A DNA stretch of 64,000 nt, taken from positions 38,070,001 through 38,134,000 of the forward strand of contig CM119372.1 in the NCBI GenBank assembly GCA_051294905.1. The letters run 5' to 3'. Of this stretch, positions 11,244 to 23,282 are shown in pieces (within the stretch, counting starts at the first letter, position 1; each line of letters opens with the position of its first letter). The position numbers and the translations under genes are program-made. The DNA is from Botryllus schlosseri (lineage: Eukaryota). The notes under the pieces were generated by a model that saw only the letters and a program-made list of their open reading frames with translations, was not told where the DNA came from and searched no databases.

Positions 11244-14200
11244 TGTAGAGAACGTAGCGTTGTCGGATAATCTGCTGGAGCCGTAAGCCTGAGTCCAACG
11301 TAGGTTGTGACTTACGTACTTAACTAGCAGTGGCGAACGCCTGGCCCTGCGTTAGTCCTTGATCTGACAGCTCAACGATGCATGCGACGACAATTGCCTC
11401 AGATAGATGTATTGGTCGAATGAATATGAACAGTAGTAGCGTATGAGTCCCATGTGGGATATCTGAATGTGCGCGTTTATATATGGCGCGATACAAGAAG
11501 AAGGGCGTGGTCACGTGATATACAGCGTGGTACAATTTGAGTAATGGCGTGTTTTATATTACAGGGTGTATGAACCGTAAGAGGGCGCAGGGCGTTCCAC
11601 ATCGTCCTCATTTAAAAAGAGCTATTTATAGCGACAATCCCAATATATAGGAAAGTGGATATCATAATATTCACATGAATGAATGCGATAACAGCAATCG
11701 AAAGATGAAATAATGTATTGATGCAATATTTTAACACCGTGGTAGCAATGAAACGGTATGAGTTAGTGAATGAACTAACACGTTATGGGTTGGATTGAAT
11801 ATAACCTAATCAAAATGAAAAGGACAGTGAATTGCGTATCTGAGGCAAAATTTTGTATTTTATTAGAAGGACAATACCGGACGAAAACGAAAAATAAATG
11901 TGTGGAAAGGAAACGGCCTTATGTACGCAGTGTCCGTTATGTCGTAAAAACAACAGCCCGATTGGAAACCGAACTAAAATGCCGGGCAGATTTGGGCACA
12001 TGTACGGAGTATGGCGATATGCAATCGTATGGTCAATTGGATAGGTAGGCAATAATTGCAATATAACAAGTGTGTAATAATGTGTATGTTGGGAATACCG
12101 TATTCCTAAAGTGTGATAGCCGAAACACGTGGTTCAAGATACCATTGCATTACGGCATTAGGGTTAAGAAAAAGGCAATTGTATTATTGCTTTATTAAAA
12201 TGAAAGAGAAAAGGGGAAACGGATGGCGAGCACCAACAAAGGGATTCAAATTGCCGCCAATCGATCAAATATAGGGCAACAACCGTCACTGTGTTCTAAA
12301 TACTTGTCCACTGCGACGAAGGGATAATCAGTGTGGGAAGAATCCGGTAACCCTATTTACGAACGAAAATAGGACAACCAGATGTGTGTTTATTTTATGC
12401 CGTTAGAAATGCCATGACGATAACAGCTGCGAGAACGATTATCACATGATACGATACGGAAGCGGAGAAAATTATACAAAATTAAGTAGCAAGTATATTG
12501 AAATGTAGGGAAAAAGAAACCACGAAGAGGTTGCAGGAAATCGCTGTCAATCAAAATCCATTCCGGGTATAGCTCCGGCGATAATCGGTCGTGCAAGAAG
12601 AATGTGCTTTCCACGTGCAATGGCCGAGGAATAATATAATAATACCCCAGCAAAGGGATATATATAGAAAAGGTCCTGAATCATAATATTTCAAGTATTA
12701 CGAAATTCGCTGCGTTGTAAAATGCGAATGTGTCTTATGCAAAGATTATAACAGCTTTGCCATGTGGCTGCGAAAGTCAAATCAGTTCGTCCGCTGTGTA
12801 TGACAGCGAGAGCTATATATAAATTAGCCGTGGGATCGCGAAAATGCCGGTTAAGCGGTAAAGTTAGTGCTCCTTGATATATTTTATAAGGCCACTTTGT
12901 CCAGAGTGACTCTGCCGCGGAATTCTGGTATATTTGGTATACACGCGAACAACGAAAAATTCGCGTTGTGCTTCACGATTACGACGGGTTTAATCGTACC
13001 AAAGCGCGATAGGCGTAGCTGATGTCGTACAGTACATGGTACATGTATTCCCCGAGTAGTGAGGCCTTTATGGGTCGCGCAGCAAAAATAGTGTACCAGT
13101 TCCTAGTGTCCGGCGTATATTTTACCGGAGCGGCGAGTGAATAGTCCTTGTATGAGCATGAGCATGTCGGCATTCGGCGATCCCCGGCGGAGTGATACGT
13201 TTTTTCGAATATACGAATCTAAAACGAGACGAAAGCAGTATTTGCGAAAAAAATATGCATTTAATACCAAGCCTACACACGAAATAACAGGACGTGTAAA
13301 ATCAGGCAAATCGCAAATGCAATATGATAAGGAAGCCTTACGTAGCCGCGACCAGATATGTTTTGGTTGGGAATACCAATTGTATCTGAAAATGTTTCGT
13401 GACGCGCTAGCGTGACGTAAAGACCGCGTGCATTGCGTAATAAGAAATACTACATGCGGCTGGGACATGAAAACTATACCGGAGATTCCGGGTATTTTAA
13501 CAAAGTCGAAGGTTTTGATATTTGTGACAACAATTATTCGAGTGAACAAAGAAGAGACATTGCGCGTAGAATATGCCGTGTCATGTAATAATGAATATTA
13601 TTCCCGGACGCGCAGTGCTTAATATGCTTATACGAAGGCATTGAAGCGTTATATATAATGTTATGAGTAGCGTCAATTAAGAGACAAGTAATACGACCTC
13701 TTGGTGATAACGGTACGTCGTCGCTACTTTGTAACCGGGTTGAATATAGTTCCCAATCTAGAAGTCGATAGAAGTTATGCCGGATATTCCGGGTGTGTTG
13801 ACAAGCTCAAAAGTATAGTAAAGAAATATTAACATGGAAAGATGAATGCAATTGTAGCGTAACGCGGGGAATTCGTCATTTAATTATATAACGAAGTAAG
13901 TCGAGAAAGTAGAGTGTAAAAATTGTAAAGATAATGTAATAACAATAGCTGAAGTCATGAAAAATGTGTGTATTGTTAGGTAGCCTAATGGCATGTACGA
14001 ATTTAGTGCTGCGAACACGCAGTCATGTCAAAAAAGTCCCTAGCGATGTACGCCTCATGGTATACCACAAATCCAGACATATCGCTGAATCTGCGCGCCA
14101 TATGCTATCCAGATATAAAAAGGTTTCCGGAAATAAATTGACGTGTGCCGTTAAACACGCCGCGACAGGAAATGCACAAATGCGTAAGTAAGAATCGTGC

Positions 14201-16761
14201 TTCACATTAAAAGTATATATATCATATACATTGACTGTAACGCTTTTGTAAGTACGGACTTCCTAGTTGATCAAAGAATGCAACAGATTGCGATGCGAAC
14301 GTCAGCATCAGATTTCGTAAGTATCGCGAGTCTGAGCGCTGGAGACCACGAGTCTAATTACAACACTGACTCTGTCCAACCGCTTGATCAGGGCGGTAAT
14401 CCAGGACCAGATATGCAATCCCGTGGTCAACGCTCTTAGAACAGGCTCGGATACCCCCGGGTCGGAATAAGTGCCTTGGATCCCAACACAAAACTGAAGC
14501 GATTCTTGATTTCCTAGGTCGGAGTAGCATATATGAAACGGGAATGTCCGTGATCAAATATCACGGGGTGTTTAAATGATATTACTGCGTCCGAATGGCA
14601 TTGCAGGTAAAATATATATGTATCGCATGTGACTAGGTTGACGGTATCGCGGGTAAAAGGACATAAGTATTGCGGAAAAAAAATTCCAGCGTGTTAAAGC
14701 GCCCTTATTTAGGTAAAGGTAAATAGAAGTAAGCAAATATGTCAAAGACCTAGTATAAAGCTGTGTCCGTGAATTTATCACATTCCATGAATAGGGAATT
14801 TGGTAAGGACATAATGTACGCGCTAATCGCATTTGCGCGGAAAATAGTGTGAAGTTGTTGAACGTTATGGAAATTAATGAGCGGTGCGTAATATATAAGA
14901 ACGAACCGAAATTCAACAGACTGTTGGTAAAATTCCGAGTTTTGTATGTTAATATGCAACAACGAATGTTGAAGGTATCGAATCAACTGGCATAAAATGT
15001 CTCGGATATTACAAAAGTGGAAAATAACTTCCGTATTCATATAAATCCAAGCTCAATGTTGATGTAAGTTAAGGTGAATAACGATACTTAACGATATGTT
15101 CAAGTAACGCTGTAATGTAATTAAAATGATATCACCATTGTGGTAGAAATATATCAAGTAAGCAGGATGATTAGAACGCGTTTAACTTTGATGTTTATTT
15201 CGCGTTAAGGAGAATGTATGAGTTCAATCTTTTTTTATCTGCGCTGCACAGAAAGAATGGTAATGCTATATTGAAATGCGTAGTTAAAAACCAAAGTTTA
15301 GACCTTGATTTAGTGACCGATAATAACCACAGACATTTGCTTTAAATAGCGTTTAAATCTGCGGAACAGAATGGCTGAAGATGTTTCGTTGTGAATCTAT
15401 TGTTTATCGAAACAGACACACGCGTGCGGCAAGGAATTAAGAACTAACTAGCGCTTAGGTAACGCAGAGCAAATTAAAAATGGTTCCTCACCGATAATGA
15501 GGTCATATACGAACCAGATTGTGAGGGTGCGTTAGTACAGTTGAAATTACTGTTATAAATTGAGAATGAATTAGAACGACATCACGAAATAATGCACGTT
15601 TGTTTGCAAATGACAGTTGAGCATTATGACTGTTGAAATTAGCAGCGGACAATCTAAGCGCGAATCCCAAAAGCACGCGGGGAATAAATCTCCAAAGCAA
15701 TTGATGGAGTAGGGATCCCGTAAGTCCGTATTTGGATTAATATGCAATTCGATTGATTGTTAATATATGTATAGTCCGAGTATATAGACTTATAGAGTAC
15801 TCGAAAGTTAAAATGAAGAAGGTATTACTGGCCAATAACAAGGTGGCAACCATCAGTAATATCGAGGCATTGCGGACTTATGTTAAAGTCATGAATCCGA
15901 AACAAAATGGTGGAATAACGAATCAAAATTCGAAATTTTGTTGGGTTGTTTAAAAAAAAATGCAGAACGAACGTGGATTTTACATCACAGCCGTAAACGC
16001 GCTTATGTCGGCGTTTATAAGTAAACTCTGCACTTCAAATATGCGGTTGGAGCGCGGAAATTTCGAGGTATCGTCGAAGTAGCGAATCGAATGTTGGTTT
16101 CGAACGTTAGGAAATTATATTGATTTACCAAAACCAGAAACATGGCCGGATCGTTGCTACGTATTGCAGCGGCAGATATATAAACCATAGTACATGTAGC
16201 GAGCAATAACACACGAATTAAATGGAACTGTAAATGCAAAACTGCTTTCGTTCGACAATTCGTATATGCAAAAAACTGTACCGTAAGGTTTGGGAGTCCG
16301 AGTGCGGTTTCTGGAGTGTCCATAGTGGTTGACGAACTAAATCCGATATTGAGGCGGCGATGCGTCTTTCGTTGAAGCCGAAATCATCTCACGAGATGCA
16401 CCATGTAGAGAACGTAGCGTTGTCGGATAATCTGCTGGAGCCGTAAGCCTGAGTCCAACGTAGGTTGTGACTTACGTACTTAACTAGCAGTGGCGAACGC
16501 CTGGCCCTGCGTTAGTCCTTGATCTGACAGCTCAACGATGCATGCGACGACAATTGCCTCAGATAGATGTATTGGTCGAATGAATATGAACAGTAGTAGC
16601 GTATGAGTCCCATGTGGGATATCTGAATGTGCGCGTTTATATATGGCGCGATACAAGAAGAAGGGCGTGGTCACGTGATATACAGCGTGGTACAATTTGA
16701 GTAATGGCGTGTTTTATATTACAGGGTGTATGAACCGTAAGAGGGCGCAGGGCGTTCCACA
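11244..16761 (-). mobile_element. Gypsy-type LTR retrotransposon with identical 358-bp LTRs and a heavily decayed 4.8-kb internal region (non-autonomous)
   Basis: LTRs 11244-11601 and 16404-16761 (TGTAG...CCACA); 4-bp TSD CCAC; PBS TGGTGCATCTCGTGAG at 16388-16403. Faint pol relics in Gypsy order on the minus strand: LVLDYR ~14400, FDQLGS ~14265, FLYLDSI ~14110, LRRGSPNADML ~13175. No ORF over 148 aa. Confidence 0.92.
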
Positions 16762-16769
16762 CCACGCAT

Positions 16770-17470
16770 TTCGAACACACCCCAGACATGTCCCAGACAT
16801 GATGTTCGAGTGTCAACAACAGTTCGAACACACCCCTGACATGATGTTCGATTGACAACGCAGTCCGAACCTCCAGACATGCCTCAGACATGATGTCCGA
16901 GTGTCAATACAGGCCCAACACACCCCAGACATGCCCTAGACATGACCCAGACAAGATGCTCAAATGTAAAAACGCAGTCCAAACACATCCCAAACATGAT
17001 GTTCGATAGACAACGCAGTCCGAACCTGTTTCAGACATGCATCAGTCATGATGTCCGAGTGTCAACGAAGCTCGAACACCCCCCCCCCGTCGACATGCGC
17101 TGACATGTCCCAGACATGATGTTCGAGTGTCCACCGCGCTACAAATACCCCCTGACATGATGGGTGATTAACAACGTGGTCCGAACCTATCTCCAGACAA
17201 GCCTCAGACATGATATCCGAGTATCAATACAGGCCGAACACACCCCAGACATGCCCTAAATGTGTCCCAGACATGATGCTCGAGTGTCATAACGCAGTCC
17301 GAACACATCCTACCATGATGTTCGATAGACAACGCAGTCCGAACTTACTCCAGTCACGCCTCAGACATGATGTCCGAGTGTTAACGCAGTTCGAACACAC
17401 CCCTGACAAGCCCCTAAGATATGTGAATTGAAACGTTGTTCAAAAACACCCAGACATCATATCCGACAAT
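16770..17470. repeat. Right part of the CAGACATG tandem repeat/minisatellite, with about 320-bp higher-order structure
   Basis: Repeated CCCAGACATG...GATGTTCGA...CGCAGTCCGAAC units. The block at 16861-16940 recurs at about 17180-17260. Confidence 0.85.
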
Positions 17471-18265
17471 AGGAAAATGCACAAGACACAAAATACGATG
17501 CGATTCCAATGTTACTATTTTTCATTATCTTCCTTTTGGTCATTATATTTCAATATAAACTCCCAATTCACCCTGTTTGCACAAAATAAATCCGCCGGTT
17601 TTGGTTGAGCGGTTTATCAAAAAGGCGCGAAAAAGGCACAAACTTCCTTCTATCTTCTCTACAACTTTCACCCGAAATGTGCCTTTGAACTGCATATATT
17701 GTGTGATGGAACCACTCAATTTAATTAGTTTAATTAATCAGCTGACACGACTAGCGATCATGTAAGCAAGGCCGAACTGTCACGTTCTAGAATCTAGATC
17801 TTCTGAGAACCAATAACTGATACGAGGAACTTCCAATATGACACTAAATGTAATATATCTTCACGGCATATTGACTATGCGAAATACACACAGTGTTCAG
17901 TGAATATAAAACGAAGTCTTTTGGTTATCTTCATTCAGACTCTAATCCTTGCTGCTTTTCTTTCGCTTAAATCTCCATGCCCATCGCCAGGTAGCGACTC
18001 ACAGAAAGAGGGTACTGGCGATAGAATCGAACCCAAGTCGCCTGCGTATAAAAAATATCGAGTTCAGGGGCAGCACAGCTTGATATCATGTGAAACACGT
18101 CGTATAGTGGCGTGTTCAATGGGAACATTGTTGATCGGTACCATGGGGAACACTCACTCTCTCTGATCGTAAAACGAAGAAGCGCCTCAAAACTGAACAT
18201 TTTGCAACAGATAGTAATCATTTGACCTAGGTAGATTCCCTTGTCTATGCTTCCAGCTCACGTTA

Positions 18266-18398
18266 ATGGAACCAACGGTAAGTGACTCATGCAACATGTC
18301 GGTAAAGAAACCCCTAAACTGGACATCTCGGGAAACTTTGTCTGTGACCAAGACCACCGAAGTGTGCCGTCTCCCGGAAAACGGTAACAACGAGACAG
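18266..18398 (+). CDS. Putative first coding exon of the plus-strand TPR-like gene (MEPTVSDSCNMSVKKPLNW...ENGNNET)
   Basis: TTCCAG acceptor at 18256, ATG at 18266, open to a CAG|GTACCT donor. Phase 1 matches the next exon. Confidence 0.5.
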
Positions 18399-18859
18399 GT
18401 ACCTGAAGTGATTATACCCATTCCAACTGCCCTATACTATGGAAACTCGGTACGCTTTGCCTAATATAACAGGTGAGCAGTGATGTTTCTTCAAGGTAAA
18501 GTAATTTGATGAAAAATAAAATGAAAAATTGTGTTAGCACAGGACACCGATTCCGTACAGGTGCTGCCCAACCGTGTGAGCCTGAGTCAAGTTTTACGGC
18601 AATAGTACAAAATACCGTACCTAAGGCTGTCTTATTGATTACGGTATCAGTGAACTCGGCCCATAGTAAACTCGGCCCAGGGTGAATTTGTTGATAAAAA
18701 TTATTATAAACTTTGTGAGTCGTATTAGTTATTAAAGACAATGCCGGTAGTGAATTGGTGGTGGTGTTGGACATGACATGTCGTGTGAAATGTTACCGTA
18801 TATTATGCATATGGAGCTGTGTAAGTGTAATGAAGAGTGCAAAGCCTTGAGGATCAGAC

Positions 18860-19411
18860 CAGGGTTGTAATGACTCGGCTCGAGTCACGATTTTCTGATG
18901 ACTCGACTTGACTCGAGTCATTTTCTCAAAATGCGGAAATGACTCGACTCGAGTCAATCTTTGAAGTGACTCGAGTCATTGCACATGACTCTAACCAAGT
19001 CATATGACTCGAGACTGAGACGACCAAGACCGACATTTCATTGTAATTTCGAAGAATAGTAAAGTAACCACCCTGTTAGGATTTTGTCTATTGGTACTAG
19101 TACTTGAAAATGTGACCAGAAACTGCTAAAAGTGAGGAAATTAGTATATTATGGATGCGAACCATTCAATATCACCAAACAGAGTTATAAAAAGTGAGTT
19201 TAATAAGATTTTAACTGGAAACTGAGCAGTAAACACATTGACTTGGACTCGGACTCAAGTCATAATACTCGAGTCATGACTCGGACTCGACCCTCTGCTC
19301 GATGACTTGGACTCGGTCGTGAATTGAAAATGACTCGACTTGACTCGAGTCAAAACTGTAAAAGTGAGATTGACTTGTGACTCGGAGCCTTGTGACTTGG
19401 TTACAACCCTG
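18860..19411. mobile_element. hAT-like MITE with GACTCG/CGAGTC subterminal repeats
   Basis: TIR CAGGGTTGTAA / TTACAACCCTG; perfect TSD GATCAGAC. Confidence 0.9.
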
Positions 19412-19426
19412 GATCAGACTCTAGAC

Positions 19427-20665
19427 CAGTGGCTCCCAACCTTTTTCGGCTCATCGCCCCCTTTTGAAGCTCCACACCGATCATCGCCCCCCAAATATTG
19501 GGAAACTAAAAACAGCACTTCGTCAGCCCCACAAACATTGGTCTTTGGTCCCATAGGGTGATAAACCAAACCGCAGAACCCCCTCAGCCAGTGGGCCTTT
19601 TGTCGCTACATATCAGCTATACCCTATTTCATGTACTGTTTGGTGAGTCACCGTATTTCGCCTAATCGCGCGAAGCGCGATAAATTCATATAACTCATGT
19701 TTGAATCGGTCAATATGGTCGGGAATTGCATATATATCGCTATCAATTTTTTATCTTCTTTCTGCTCGCGTAATCAGATTTACCGGTAGAACTGAGTGTG
19801 ATGTATTGGAAAAGGTAGGACCCATAAATAATAATTAAACATCTTCGGCCGGAATCGTTGTTATATTGACTTCGTTACATGATGCTATTTCGTGACCTCC
19901 TATATCTGCTATGTCAGAAGATATGGAAATCGTCAAAACGTACCAAACTAAAAGACGCACATCATTTCAAATCGGTATTTCCGTACTGGCAAATAACTTT
20001 CTCCTTGCGGGATGGCATTTGTCCTGTAGGGTTAAGGTCGCCAGGACAGGAACATTCGACGCCAGCCATTGAGGCGCCTATGGATAATTAAACATATATG
20101 TATATCGAAGTTTCCTGTCAGCACAAGCGCATTCCTTTTCGGCCAAGGCCTTCTCGCTGCTGATCGTTCTGACACACTTCTCGGAGTCGCATGTTATATG
20201 GCCTCTAACTTCATATGTATTGGTGCGTCGTGGCGCAGTAATGATCGACGCCGAAGTCTCCCACTTCCATAAATGATGCGCATTTTTTTGGGGTGACGGG
20301 TACCACAAAATCAAGATATATGATATCATTAAATCGCGCGCAGAGCGAAAAATTTCTGAAAAAATTGGATGAATTTCTAAAAGATTACTCTATAATTATT
20401 GTTATTTCACGAAATAATTTAGGGCGCCCCTCGAGTTCGGGCCCCACCCCCAATTGGGGAGTTTGGGATGCGGTAGGTACGGTCTCGACTCCAATATAGC
20501 CGTTTTCACACGCCATCGCTCCCCTATCGCCCCCTTCGTTGCTTTCGCCCCCTATCGCCCCCTTCGTCCGTTTTCGCCCCCCTATCGCCCCCTTCGTTAT
20601 TTTCGCCCCCCTAGACTGCCAAATCGCCCCCTGGGGGGCGATATCGCCCACGTTGGGAACCACTG
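19427..20665. mobile_element. Charlie-like non-autonomous hAT element with CGCCCCC repeats
   Basis: TIR CAGTGGCTCCCAAC / GTTGGGAACCACTG; perfect TSD CTCTAGAC. Confidence 0.9.
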
Positions 20666-20667
20666 CT

Positions 20668-21060
20668 CTAGACAGAAGAAACCTCATTGCACATGGTGAA
20701 GTTGGTGTATCCCACCTGACCACCTCCAACCCTAATATCCCTCTTCCCCAACCGTAATATCTCCCCTCCAACCCTAACCCTCCCCAACCCCTCCTCAAAC
20801 CCTAATATATCCCCATACCCTAACCCACCTCCAACCCTAATATCCCTATTCCCCAACCGTAATACCCCTCAACCTGAACCCTAATATCTCCCTCCCCCAA
20901 CCCTAATATTACCCCTGCAACCCTAACCCTTCAAATCTAATCTTGGGACACCTTAACCCCTAACCCACCTCCAACCCTAATATCCCTAAACCCAAGCCCC
21001 TCCAACCCTAATCTTAGGATGCACCGAATTCACCATGTTTGATGAGGTTTTTCTGTCTAG
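20668..21060. mobile_element. MITE with about 45-bp TIRs enclosing degenerate CCCTAA (telomere-like) repeats
   Basis: CTAGACAGAAGAAACCTCAT..ACATGGTGAA / TTCACCATGT..ATGAGGTTTTTCTGTCTAG; about a dozen AACCCTAA-type units inside. Confidence 0.8.
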
Positions 21061-21451
21061 CTCTAGACTATGATCCTTGACGTTCTGCACTCTTCATCAA
21101 CATTACAGACTTCTCACCTACATAGCTCCATATGCCTAACAAGATTTCAAGCATCAGATACCGCCCCCCAGTGGGAATGAAATTCGTACGACATGTCCAG
21201 TGTCCACCACCGCCAATTCACCATTGACTTCAATAATTAATACAGCTGTCAACAATAATTTCTGTTAACAAAGTCACCATAGGCCGAGTTCACTAGTCAC
21301 CGTCTTATTACTACTTACTAGAATGAATTTTTAATCGCTTCGGGCAAGGTGGAAAGTTGCTGCTGATCAACCAATGCAAGATTTCACATCTTTTGATATT
21401 GTGATGTGTAATATAACTACTTCGCCTGTAGGGCCTTCTGTACATGTACTC

Positions 21452-22572
21452 CAGTGATGAGCGGACTGTGATATTTTTTCAGTCCCAGTCCAGACCTGAA
21501 AATTTTCATTCCAGTCCAACTCCATCCTGATCCAAAAATATTATTCAAATTCACAGTCCAACTTCATCCAGATCCAAAATTTCTTTCAAATCGCAAGTCA
21601 TATTCTATGACTGGCAAAATAAATACCCACGTTACAGAGAAAAATAATTAGGCTAGACTTCGCGTAATAGAACCCGGCTCTTGAATCCACAACATGTACG
21701 ATTATCCACTTCTCCAGCATGTCCACTGCACACCACATCATAGTACATTCTGCGTTACAGCAACAAGACAGCTAATCAAAACAAGCACGATGCCTGTGTA
21801 TACCTCAATAGTCACAACATGTATTGTATACATAATAGCCTACTAGAGGTGTTCAAAAATGACTTTTTTTCTCCAATCGTACTCGTACTGGCTAGTGGCT
21901 ACTTCATGAAATTGCTAGGTTACCTAATTCCAGCTTACACCCCAATTTGGTTCAATTCTAGTCAGTAGCCGCATTGCTACAGGAGAAGAAAGTTTCTATT
22001 TGTTATATAAAATGGATAACTAAAATTTAGAAAATTTTCTGCTCACCCCATGAATATATGTATACTGTATATATGTATGCCTATGTAAAAGATGAATTGC
22101 GCATTTGCTAAAATAGTTGCATGTAATGAATAATGATCCCTCTAATTTTTGACGAGTCATTTTTACGTTAACCAAATAACGGTATACCTTTGTCACATTT
22201 GTTAACTATGTGATTGCGTATCATGCAAACTATGAAAGACCACCACAGTGCCACGCTTTGAAAAAAGGAGACCGCCATCTAGTCTGTGAAGGCCATATTC
22301 GCAAACTTACTACCTGCTCTCGGCTCAACAACGTTGGTGGCTTTTGCACCAGTCCTGACATTATAAAGCAGAAACTTCCTGGAGTAACAACTTTCTCCTC
22401 GTCTTCCCAAGGATCTAGCGTACCCGAGTCCGGATTTTTCCGTGCTGAAAGTCCAAGTCCAACCGGATCCATTTTTTCTCAAAAATTACAATTTGGTCCG
22501 ATCCAGATCCAACGAATATAACCAATAGTACGGCTCCTGTCCAATTCAAGTCCAGTCCAGTGCTCATCTCTG
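21452..22572. mobile_element. hAT-like element with GTCCA/TCCAG repeats; contains a palindromic-MITE arm (21843-22054)
   Basis: TIR CAGTGATGAGC / GCTCATCTCTG; perfect TSD ATGTACTC. Confidence 0.88.
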
Positions 22573-22967
22573 ATGTACTCCTGTATGGGATCAGTGTCAT
22601 GTGCTCACACAATTCCTTATTTTTATTTTTTATCAAATAATTTTATTTGGAGAATCATCGCTGATCACCTGTTATATTAGACAAAACGTACCAAGACTCC
22701 AGTAGGGTGTAGCCTACACCCATAGTTTGTAATATGACATGTGCACTTTGTGCAGCCATTCCCTCTCGTCTGTCACTTATCAAATTTTATACGGACTACC
22801 GTCTATTTTACGTACTTTGTAAATACATTTCTAAAATTAGTTGCAGTATTCACGGAAGTTAGCCCATATTCAAGATAATGATCTCCGAATAGGTATAGCC
22901 TCGATATGCACTGAAGATTCTACAGTTCCCATTCGGCAAAGGCTAAGTAAATAGGATTTCTTTTCAG

Positions 22968-23063
22968 ATGGAACCGACCAACACAACGTCACTGATAAAA
23001 ACAATCAAGACGACAGTAGGAATACCTCTCTTGCGGACAAAGACACATCAAAAGTTACAACAG
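22968..23063 (+). CDS. Internal exon of the TPR-like gene (GTDQHNVTDKNNQDDSRNTSLADKDTSKVTT)
   Basis: Strong acceptor TTTCTTTTCAG, 96 nt open (phase 1-1), CAG|GTATAT donor. Confidence 0.65.
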
Positions 23064-23282
23064 GTATATATATATTACATACCCTTGAGCCCTATACTGT
23101 CAAAATCAATCCAAAGAATGATATAAGTCGCACCTGGTATAACAGACAGCCTATTATTTGTTCTGTGGCTTCCATTATTTGTCTGTATTGAACCTTTCTA
23201 TCTACGACACTAATATTTTGCAAACTCACTCAAATAGGAGCTTTTCAAACATACATGTATAGCTGACAACATCAAATCGATA

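Larger units (their letters stand above)
18641..21303. mobile_element. Palindromic MITE (arms about 18641-18856 and 21071-21303) holding three nested insertions at its centre
   Basis: Termini ACGGT..CAGTGAACTCGGCC / GGCCGAGTTCACTAGTCACCGT. Arms are reverse complementary, e.g. ATGAAGAGTGCA/TGCACTCTTCAT and GCATATGGAGCT/AGCTCCATATGC. Confidence 0.8.

Noticed and set aside
14572..14916. RNase H motif (SLTYLLTS...LTRW) in the Gypsy interior
   Set aside because: It lies upstream of the RT relics, in the wrong order for Gypsy pol; probably a chance resemblance.
16770..17470. CRISPR-like array
   Set aside because: Units are degenerate and the intervening sequences are themselves repeated. No unique spacers, no cas genes, eukaryotic context.
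20385..20856. Gly/Pro-rich ORFs on both strands
   Set aside because: They arise from CGCCCCC and CCCTAA repeats of MITEs.
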